DNA from: an uncultured Candidatus Saccharibacteria bacterium
GTDB taxonomy: Bacteria; Patescibacteriota; Minisyncoccia; UBA6257; GWB1-50-10
Reading direction: 5' to 3'
NCBI GenBank assembly: GCA_964365955.1
Contig: CAYISA010000004.1
Coordinates: 2,939-66,938, forward strand
DNA length: 64,000 nucleotides
Shown: positions 9,995 to 17,038 of the stretch, piece by piece
Layout of the letters: every line of letters starts with the position of its first letter
Numbering within the stretch: the first letter of the stretch is position 1
Notes under the pieces: model-generated
The model's input: the letters and a program-made list of their open reading frames with translations, nothing else
Database searches by the model: none
What the model was told of the DNA's origin: nothing
Position numbers and translations under genes: made by a program

Positions 9995-10795
9995 ATGAAA
10001 CCGTTTCTTTCCGTCATTATCCCCGCCTACAACGAGTCCCAGCGTCTTCCGCAGACGCTTGTTGATGTGGATAAAAAATTGAGCGAGGTAGAATATTCCT
10101 CGGAAGTGCTGGTGGTAAGCGACGGTTCCAAAGATGCGACGGCCGAAATTGTTCGGCGATTTGCGGTTCACATGAAAAATCTGAAGCTGATTGATAATAA
10201 GGAAAATCACGGGAAGGGGTGGGTGGTGCGACAGGGGATGATGGCTGCAAAAGGGAACTGGCGACTTTTTATGGATGCGGATAATTCCACAACTGTGGAT
10301 CAGTTCAATCTCATGCTCCCGTTCTTTAAAGAAGGATACGATGTGGTGTTCGGATCACGCGCCGTTTCCGGGGCAAAACTGGTGCCACCCCAACCGTGGT
10401 ATCGGCAGATTTTAGGGCGGGGGGGGAACGTGGTTATTCAACTCTTTGCACTTCCGGGCGTGCGTGATTCGCAGTGTGGATTCAAATGTTTTTCGGAAAA
10501 TGCCGCGCCGCGCGTTTTCGGGCTTGCTCGCGTTGACCGGTGGGGGTTCGACGTAGAAGCATTGGCGCTTGCAAAAGTGCTGGGCTACCGCGCAAAAGAA
10601 ATGCCTGTCACGTGGGTGAACGACACGCGTTCCACCGTGGGGTTGAAAGCGTATCTTTCGACGCTGTGGGATGTAGGGCGCATCTGGTGGTGGTTAAAAC
10701 GCGGCAGTTATCCGTTAAACTCGAACTCTTTAAAGCCCGAACCGCCGCGCACGGAAGAAATCGATTCAAATAGTTCAACCGGCGCATTTGAATAA
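9995..10795 (+). CDS. GT2 polyprenyl-phosphate glycosyltransferase (Dol-P-Glc synthase-like)
   Basis: SVIIPAYNE, DGSKD, NHGKG, FMDAD, DSQCGFK; start set at ATG 9995 (MKPFLS). Confidence 0.88.
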   Translation: MKPFLSVIIPAYNESQRLPQTLVDVDKKLSEVEYSSEVLVVSDGSKDATAEIVRRFAVHMKNLKLIDNKENHGKGWVVRQGMMAAKGNWRLFMDADNSTTVDQFNLMLPFFKEGYDVVFGSRAVSGAKLVPPQPWYRQILGRGGNVVIQLFALPGVRDSQCGFKCFSENAAPRVFGLARVDRWGFDVEALALAKVLGYRAKEMPVTWVNDTRSTVGLKAYLSTLWDVGRIWWWLKRGSYPLNSNSLKPEPPRTEEIDSNSSTGAFE

Positions 10796-10797
10796 TT

Positions 10798-11814
10798 ATG
10801 GTTTCAAAAAAACATTCTGAACTGCGACAAGATCTGGTTTCGGGGGACTGGATTTTATTGGCTCCAGGCCGGCTTCATGGGAGTCCTGATTTTTCTCTTC
10901 ATAAAGAGAAACGCACAGCAACGCCAAAAAATTCCTGTATTTTCGAAACCCCTTTGGATCACGTGAGCGAAGAGATTCTTCTTGGATATGAAGATGGGCG
11001 GAGCGTGAAGGGGTGGGGAAAGTATCGCCTGCTGATCCTTGAGAATAAATTTCCGGCCGTCCGGCATCCGGAAGGGCGGGTAACCGAGTTGAAATACGGC
11101 CCGTTTCGTGTGGTGCCGGGCGTGGGGCACCATGATCTTCTGATCACCCGCGATCATACAAAAAATTTCCCACGACTGTCGCCAGCCCACGCGCGCGAAG
11201 TGTTCAAGGCATTCGCGGAGCGGTACCGGATGGTGGGCATGGGAAAAGAAATCGCGTACGTTTCCATGTTTCATAACTGGGGTCCGCGGGCCGGGGCTTC
11301 CGTGTATCATCCGCATTATCAGATGATGAGCATTCCGGTGGTTCCGCCGGACGTGGGACACTCGCTTGCCGGATCGGGGCGGTATTTTAAAAAACATCGT
11401 ACGTGTGTCCACTGCGAGATGATTGCATGGGAGCGAAAAATGAAGGAGCGCGTGATCTTTGAAACGGAGCGCGCAATCGCGTTCGCTCCTTTTGTTTCAC
11501 GCAATCCGTTTGAGGCGCGCATTTTCCCGAAACGGCATCTTCCGTATTTTGAAGATTCCGGGGAGGCCGACCGCGATGCGGTTTCCGATATTTTGCAAAA
11601 AATCCTAGAGCGGGTCACGAAAAATATGCGCGACCCGGATTATAATTTTTTCATCCATACAGCGCCGGTACACAACAAAAGCGAGTACAGGCATTACCAC
11701 TGGCACGTCGAAGTATATCCAAAGTTCAACATACGCGCCGGTTTTGAGTTCGGAACGGGAATCGATATGAACATGATCGACCCCGCCTTAGCAGCCAAGA
11801 TTTTGCGAAGATAG
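10798..11814 (+). CDS. galT: Galactose-1-phosphate uridylyltransferase (HIT-like GalT family)
   Basis: ELRQD, ENKFP, NWGPRAGASVYHPHYQ (HxHxQ catalytic motif), YHWHVE, AGFEFGTG. Confidence 0.85.
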   Translation: MVSKKHSELRQDLVSGDWILLAPGRLHGSPDFSLHKEKRTATPKNSCIFETPLDHVSEEILLGYEDGRSVKGWGKYRLLILENKFPAVRHPEGRVTELKYGPFRVVPGVGHHDLLITRDHTKNFPRLSPAHAREVFKAFAERYRMVGMGKEIAYVSMFHNWGPRAGASVYHPHYQMMSIPVVPPDVGHSLAGSGRYFKKHRTCVHCEMIAWERKMKERVIFETERAIAFAPFVSRNPFEARIFPKRHLPYFEDSGEADRDAVSDILQKILERVTKNMRDPDYNFFIHTAPVHNKSEYRHYHWHVEVYPKFNIRAGFEFGTGIDMNMIDPALAAKILRR

Positions 11815-11866
11815 CTGGGGGAGAATAGAGCATAAAAGCCCTTTGTATTTGAAGCCCCCACAAGGC

Positions 11867-11894
11867 TTGACTTTTTATAACGGTATGCTATAAT
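11867..11894 (+). promoter_or_regulatory. Sigma70-type promoter for the DGR target gene
   Basis: TTGACT (11867-11872), 16-nt spacer, extended -10 TGcTATAAT (11886-11894). Confidence 0.7.
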
Positions 11895-11979
11895 TCAAGC
11901 AGAAACCTTACCAACGTCTACTTGGAGCCCCTGACCAAATGATGGGGTGGAGAGTAGACACTATACAGGAGATACAACA

Positions 11980-12570
11980 ATGGCAAAGTCCGATATGGTT
12001 CGCGGAATGCTTTTCGGAGTCGAGTTCCTTACAAACGTCGTGAAAGAAGCAAGAAAGCTTGGCAGAACCGATGAGGAAATTCACGAATGGATGAAAACAG
12101 AATCTGATGGGGCAAAGAAAACCGCACAACTCATCGTTGGCACTGCGAAAAACGTCCTTCGTATTCTCGCAAATCTCTCCCTTGCCGACCGTATCGCCCG
12201 TGGGAAGTACGACTGGGTAAACCCCGACATCACAAAAGGGCATTTCCCCACAAACGTGCCTGTAGACTACTCTCCAGACCACAAACTCTATCACTTTGAT
12301 CGTCCCATCTCCTCCGAAGAGGCGATCAAATGGATGGAAAAGGATGGATTCCGCCCGGGGAACGGAGCAGAGCTTCTTGCCTTTGGGGAAACCTTCCGCG
12401 ATGAGCAGAAGGAGTATCCTATCGTAGCTCTTGGTTCGGTCTGGCAGTACTTGGATGGCCACCGCCGCGTGCTGGTGCTCTGCTCGCATGCTTCGGGGCG
12501 CGGGCTGGGTCTGCTTGGGTTTGAGGGTGGCTGGGATGGCAACTATCGTTTCCTTGCGGTGCGCAAGTAA
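11980..12570 (+). CDS. DGR target (variable) protein, C-terminal VR, probable CLec-like fold
   Basis: AGGAGA RBS before ATG 11980 (ORF track uses GTG 11947); last 47 codons are the VR and end WDGNYRFLAVRK. Fold inferred from DGR target families. Confidence 0.88.
   Translation: MAKSDMVRGMLFGVEFLTNVVKEARKLGRTDEEIHEWMKTESDGAKKTAQLIVGTAKNVLRILANLSLADRIARGKYDWVNPDITKGHFPTNVPVDYSPDHKLYHFDRPISSEEAIKWMEKDGFRPGNGAELLAFGETFRDEQKEYPIVALGSVWQYLDGHRRVLVLCSHASGRGLGLLGFEGGWDGNYRFLAVRK
12427..12568 (+). repeat. DGR variable repeat (VR)
   Basis: Ungapped match to 12889-13030 (offset 462); 24 mismatches, all opposite TR adenines. Confidence 0.96.
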
Positions 12571-12626
12571 CTTGGACTTGGGACTTTGATGCTTAGATTT
12601 TTAATCTCTTAGTCCCTTAGATTTTT

Positions 12627-12653
12627 GACCCGTTTCGATTTTTGAAACGGGTC
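12627..12653 (+). other. Hairpin downstream of VR (DGR homing cruciform and/or terminator)
   Basis: GACCCGTTTC-gattttt-GAAACGGGTC perfect 10-bp stem followed by TTTTG, about 57 nt after the target stop codon. Confidence 0.7.
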
Positions 12654-12656
12654 TTT

Positions 12657-12665
12657 TGTTATAAT
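12657..12665 (+). promoter_or_regulatory. Extended -10 promoter likely driving the TR RNA
   Basis: TGtTATAAT immediately upstream of the structured TR leader. Confidence 0.55.
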
Positions 12666-12679
12666 AATTATGGATAGTA

Positions 12680-13063
12680 GGTTGGAATGCCTGCGGCTAC
12701 GGTTTCAGGCGACCGAATTCCGAAATTTCTTTGTGCAGAGTGGGTGCGGCTACGGTTTCGCCCAGCGCCACGTGGAAGTTTCTAACCCATAAAGATACTT
12801 GGTGTAGAGTATTAAGGAATTTTTTAGATTCCGAATACGATTCAATCCCAAGAATATTCAAGGGATGGTGGAACGGAAGATACTTTGCACACTTGGTTCG
12901 GTCTGGCAGAACTTGAATGGCAACCGCAACGTGCTGGTGCTCAACTCGAATGATTCGAGGCGCAAGCTGAATCTGAATAGGTTTGAGAATGACTGGAATG
13001 GCAACTATCGTTTCCTTGCGGTGCGAAAGTCTCTTTATGTGTTCATCCCGCCCTTGGCGGGAT
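12680..13063 (+). ncRNA. Putative DGR template RNA (structured 5' leader + TR + 3' hairpin)
   Basis: Two UACG-capped hairpins (12689-12710, 12741-12764), further short hairpins to about 12866, the TR, then ATCCCGCC-ctt-GGCGGGAT (13045-13063). Boundaries inferred. Confidence 0.6.
12889..13030 (+). repeat. DGR template repeat (TR)
   Basis: Adenine-rich copy of VR with 11 AAC/AAT codons in the target reading frame. Confidence 0.96.
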
Positions 13064-13450
13064 TTCTTTCAATGATAACTGTTTTATCCAGCCGCCAAGC
13101 ATTCTTCCAATTTCATCGAGTCGTTCTGAAATCGCTATATATTTTTTACTATCAAATGACTTTGTTTCCCACGCGATTTGAAGGAAGAATTTAGCGAGAT
13201 CAAGTTTTGCTCCGGCGGCACGCACAAAAGAAATGCGGTTTTCGGGTATAGCGTAACTTGCTGAAAAGAGAAGCTCCGTGGTATCAAGTAGGTAAACATC
13301 AATTTTCTCGCCAAGTGTGTACCGTGCGGATTTTTGGAGATGTGGCATCATTTCACGCCACAATTTGTATGCCGCCACTAGTTTTTGGATTATCGATTGA
13401 TTATTTCGTCGGGGGGGGGTGTTCCGGGGTTCTTTAGTATCATGTTTCAA
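13043..13450 (-). CDS. avd: DGR accessory variability determinant (Avd-like four-helix bundle)
   Basis: RYTLGEKID, KLDLAKFFLQIAWE, EIGRMLGGW motifs; between TR and RT; start codon uncertain (TTG 13450). Confidence 0.85.
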   Translation of the reverse strand: MKHDTKEPRNTPPRRNNQSIIQKLVAAYKLWREMMPHLQKSARYTLGEKIDVYLLDTTELLFSASYAIPENRISFVRAAGAKLDLAKFFLQIAWETKSFDSKKYIAISERLDEIGRMLGGWIKQLSLKEIPPRAG

Positions 13451-14413
13451 AGAATAACAAGTATAGAAAATTTAGTCGAGGCGTGGGAGGAATTTATAAA
13501 AGGAAAGCGGCACAAAAGAGATGTGCAGGGGTTTTTGCTGCATTTAATGGACAACATTCTTGCGCTTCACCGCGATCTTATGGAGCATGCGTACCGCCAC
13601 GGCGGGTACGCCGCATTTGCTGTTTCTGATCCCAAGCCGCGCAGTATTCATAAGGCTCCGGTTCGTGACAGGCTACTCCACCACGCGGTACATCGCGTGC
13701 TTTATCCCCCTATGAATAAACGGTTTATTGCAGACTCATTTTCTTGTCGAACTGGCAAAGGAACGCATGCCGCTCTCGGCCGCTTTCAGAGGTTTTTCTA
13801 TACAGTAAGTAACAACAATACCAAACAATGCTGGGTTTTGAAGTGCGACATTCGAAGATTTTTTGCGAGCGTTCATCATGAAACACTTTTCAACATTTTA
13901 AAGAAAACCATCCATGATTCTGATGCACTTTGGCTTTTACGCCAGATTATTGGCAGTTTTTATATCGGTGAATATGGCAGGGGACTTCCCCTTGGCAATC
14001 TTACCTCGCAACTCTTTGCGAATGTATATATGAACGAATTTGATCGGTATGTAAAGCACACGTTGAAAATAAAACACTATATTCGATATGCAGATGATTT
14101 TGTCATTTTTTCTAACGATCGCGAAGAACTGGGACAGATTATCAAACCCATTAGAGAATTTTTATGCGACGCGCTTTCCTTACAACTCCATGAAGATAAA
14201 GTTGTGATAGAGACCATCGGTTCCGGTATTGATTTTTTGGGATGGGTGCATTTTCCGGATCATAGGGTGTTGCGCACATCAACAAAACGAAGGATGTTAA
14301 GGAAATTGCAGGCAAGGGGAAATAATACTGCCACCATCGCATCTTATTTAGGACTTTTGAAGCATGGGAACACATGTAAACTCGAGGAGGAAATTTCGAA
14401 TAGAAATTGGTAG
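13442..14413 (+). CDS. DGR reverse transcriptase
   Basis: RDRLLHH, CRTGKGTH, VLKCDIRRFF, GLPLGNLTSQLFAN, YIRYADDF, GIDFLGW; no endonuclease tail. Start ATG 13442 (MFQRITSIENL); frame also open back to TTG 13385. Confidence 0.95.
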   Translation: MFQRITSIENLVEAWEEFIKGKRHKRDVQGFLLHLMDNILALHRDLMEHAYRHGGYAAFAVSDPKPRSIHKAPVRDRLLHHAVHRVLYPPMNKRFIADSFSCRTGKGTHAALGRFQRFFYTVSNNNTKQCWVLKCDIRRFFASVHHETLFNILKKTIHDSDALWLLRQIIGSFYIGEYGRGLPLGNLTSQLFANVYMNEFDRYVKHTLKIKHYIRYADDFVIFSNDREELGQIIKPIREFLCDALSLQLHEDKVVIETIGSGIDFLGWVHFPDHRVLRTSTKRRMLRKLQARGNNTATIASYLGLLKHGNTCKLEEEISNRNW

Positions 14414-14422
14414 TATAAATAT

Positions 14423-15187
14423 GTGAGACAAAAGCTTCTTATCGCTAATTGGAAGTCGAATCCCGCGAACTTGCGCGCGGCGGTTGGTTTGGCGCACGCG
14501 GAAGATCTGAAAAGTGTTGTTATCGCCCCGCCCTTTTCTTTTTTGGGTGAAGTTGGAAAAGTATTGCGGAGTGCGGCGTTGGGGGCACAGGATGCGTTTT
14601 GGGAAAATGAGGGGCCCTATACCGGTGAAGAAGGGCCCACCGCGTTAAAACATTTGGGGGTGCGGCATGTGATTCTTGGCCACTCTGAACGGCGGCATTT
14701 CTTAAAAGAAACAGATATAATGGTCGCGCAGAAAACAAAACGGGTTCTAACCGAAAAATTGATTCCCGTTTGTTGCGTGGGGGAGAGTTTTTCCGTGCGG
14801 CGCAAAGGAGAAAAGGCGGCATGGCACTTTGTAGAAAGGCAGGTTTCCACAATTCTGAAGCCATTGCACATTTCAAAATTCGCACACCATCCGCATCTCA
14901 TCTTTGCCTATGAACCCGTCTGGGCGATCAGTACCAGTGGGATGGGGCTTGTAGCTACGCCGGAAAATGCCGCCGTCATGATTTCTAAAATTAAAAGCTT
15001 TGCGAAACGAAAAATACCACGCGTCACAATCGAGTGTTTTTACGGTGGTTCCGTGGATTCAAAAAATATCGCCGCTTTTCTTGAATGCCCGGAAATTGAT
15101 GGGGCGCTCGTTGGGGGCGCCAGCCTGCGTCCTACGGAATTCCGCCGAATGGCTGTTATAGCCGGGAAAATCGGTTCAAAAAAATAA
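14423..15187 (+). CDS. tpiA: Triosephosphate isomerase
   Basis: ANWKSN, LGHSERR, AYEPVWAI, YGGSV, LVGGAS. Confidence 0.95.
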   Translation: MRQKLLIANWKSNPANLRAAVGLAHAEDLKSVVIAPPFSFLGEVGKVLRSAALGAQDAFWENEGPYTGEEGPTALKHLGVRHVILGHSERRHFLKETDIMVAQKTKRVLTEKLIPVCCVGESFSVRRKGEKAAWHFVERQVSTILKPLHISKFAHHPHLIFAYEPVWAISTSGMGLVATPENAAVMISKIKSFAKRKIPRVTIECFYGGSVDSKNIAAFLECPEIDGALVGGASLRPTEFRRMAVIAGKIGSKK

Positions 15188-15191
15188 TTCC

Positions 15192-15965
15192 GTGTCGCGC
15201 ACATCCAAAAAAATTCTGTATGGGGTTATCTACGCGTTCATCTTCTTTTTTATTTTGCGGGGAATCTACGGTTGGGCTACCGCCGTTTATCCGACGTGTT
15301 TTGACGGGATTTCAAACCAAGGTGAAGAGAGGGCGGACTGCGGCGGTCCCTGCACGGCATGCGTGGGAATTGTTTTTGATCCGCTCCGCGTGGAGGGAGC
15401 GGTGAATTTGTTTACGGCAGTCGAGGGACGCGGCGTGCTCTTTGCAAAAGTTTCAAATCCGAATACGGGTTATTCCGCGCGACCGTTCGGATATGTGTTC
15501 CGTGTTTTTAATACCGACGGGCAGTTTGTGAGAGACGTGGAAGGGAGAACAACACTTGCGGCTTCCGCGCAGAAATATATTTTTGCGGCATTTGAGACCG
15601 CAAAAAAACCTTCCACATTCGGGTCCGCGTCGCTTGAAATAAAAGATTCGGCATGGAGCGCGCTGGGTGATATTGTGCGACCAGTCCTTTCATTACCGCA
15701 GAATGTGAAGACCATAATAGACGGGAACACGATCCGCGTGGAAGGAACGCTTAAAAATCAAGGGTTGATGGACGCGCCGGAAGTGGAAATTATAGCGCTC
15801 CTGCACGATCGGTCGGGTTTCCACGATCCGTTTTTTGCAGGCAAAGCCGTGGTGGGGATTTCAAGCATGAGTGAAAATAAATTTTCCGTGTTGTTTCCTT
15901 CGGATAGAGTGCTTGCGGACAAAGTTGATCAGGCGCTTTCGGAAGTGTTCGTAAACATAGAATGA
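15192..15965 (+). CDS. Membrane-anchored hypothetical protein with Cys-rich motif
   Basis: N-terminal TM then CFDGISNQGEERADCGGPC followed by beta-rich sequence. Confidence 0.7.
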   Translation: MSRTSKKILYGVIYAFIFFFILRGIYGWATAVYPTCFDGISNQGEERADCGGPCTACVGIVFDPLRVEGAVNLFTAVEGRGVLFAKVSNPNTGYSARPFGYVFRVFNTDGQFVRDVEGRTTLAASAQKYIFAAFETAKKPSTFGSASLEIKDSAWSALGDIVRPVLSLPQNVKTIIDGNTIRVEGTLKNQGLMDAPEVEIIALLHDRSGFHDPFFAGKAVVGISSMSENKFSVLFPSDRVLADKVDQALSEVFVNIE

Positions 15966-17038
15966 CCGCGCGATTCAAAAATCTTGACTGGATTCTTATT
16001 GGTGCGCTTGCCGTTTTTGCCGGCGCGGGGCTTGTAACCCTTGCGAGCTCGAATATCGCTTTTTTCTGGCGACAGTTGGTGTGGTATGGGATCGCGTTTG
16101 GGGTCATATTTGTCGGGAGCCAGTTAGATTGGCGCCTGCTTGCTTCAAAACAGTGGTTCCGATCGGGCATCTATTTTTCGAGCATTGCCCTTCTGGTTGT
16201 GGCTTATCTTCAGCCGCATACCATCCGAGGCACCAAAAGCTGGATTCTGATCGGCGGGTTTCAATTTGAACCGGAAGAGTTGGTGAAACTCGCTTTGATC
16301 ATCGTACTCGCATATTTTTTTTCTAGACGGCACATTGTGGCATGGCAAACGCGCAATCTTGTCCTTTCTTTCATTTATATGTTCATTCCCACGGCGCTTA
16401 TTGTTATACAGCCTAATTTTGGTTCGGCGGTGCTTGTTGCAAGTATCTGGGTGGGGTTCGTTTTGATGAGTGGGATTCACGGAAAGCGATTTTTAGCCGG
16501 GCTTCTTATTCTTGCCGTTCTGTGCGCCGGGTTGTGGATTTTTATTTTCAAAGATTATCAAAAAGAACGCATCACCACATTTTTATTTCCCGAGCGCGAT
16601 CCATTAGGCGCAAGTTATAACGTGATCCAATCGAAGATTGCGATCGGCTCGGCGGGATTGTGGGGGAAAGGATTCGGACAGGGCACGCAGGCACGTTTGG
16701 GATTTTTGCCGGCCGCACAAAACGATTTTCTCTTCGCAGCGTTTGTGGAAGAGTGGGGGATGTTCGGAGGGTTCGTTCTTTTAGGGGCCATGTTGCTCAT
16801 CATTTATCGCCTGATGCAAATTGGCCGGCATGCCCGGGATAACTTTTCTAGGTTTCTGGCTTTAGGGGGAGGAGTCTTCTTTTTGGTGCATTTTTTCATC
16901 AATATCGGCTCAAATATTGGGCTTTTGCCGGTTACGGGGATCACTCTACCCTTCTTCAGTTACGGAGGGTCTAACCTCTTGACGACCGGAATACTCGCGA
17001 GTATAATGGAACATATAAAAATTGAATCCTCAGCATGA
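15962..17038 (+). CDS. rodA: SEDS family peptidoglycan polymerase (RodA/FtsW)
   Basis: RGTKSWI, YNVIQSKIAIGSAG, EEWG, PVTGITLPFFSYGGS. Confidence 0.88.
   Translation: MTARFKNLDWILIGALAVFAGAGLVTLASSNIAFFWRQLVWYGIAFGVIFVGSQLDWRLLASKQWFRSGIYFSSIALLVVAYLQPHTIRGTKSWILIGGFQFEPEELVKLALIIVLAYFFSRRHIVAWQTRNLVLSFIYMFIPTALIVIQPNFGSAVLVASIWVGFVLMSGIHGKRFLAGLLILAVLCAGLWIFIFKDYQKERITTFLFPERDPLGASYNVIQSKIAIGSAGLWGKGFGQGTQARLGFLPAAQNDFLFAAFVEEWGMFGGFVLLGAMLLIIYRLMQIGRHARDNFSRFLALGGGVFFLVHFFINIGSNIGLLPVTGITLPFFSYGGSNLLTTGILASIMEHIKIESSA

Larger units (their letters stand above)
11867..14413 (+). mobile_element. Diversity-generating retroelement (target gene/VR, TR, avd, RT)
   Basis: TR/VR pair differing only at TR adenines, Avd-like gene and DGR-type reverse transcriptase within 2.5 kb. 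Confidence 0.96.

Noticed and set aside
11908-12542. Antisense ORFs over the DGR target (193 and 83 aa), and similar shadow ORFs over housekeeping genes
   Set aside because: Fully overlap well-supported genes and show no recognisable motifs or expression signals.
12865-13194. 109-aa ORF resembling a paralogue of the DGR target
   Set aside because: It is the TR read in the target frame (Asn-rich) continuing antisense into avd; a stop-free TR is expected and is not evidence of a gene.
13442-14413. RT as a group II intron, retron or CRISPR-associated RT
   Set aside because: Short, no maturase/endonuclease or Cas1 fusion, and accompanied by TR/VR and avd.
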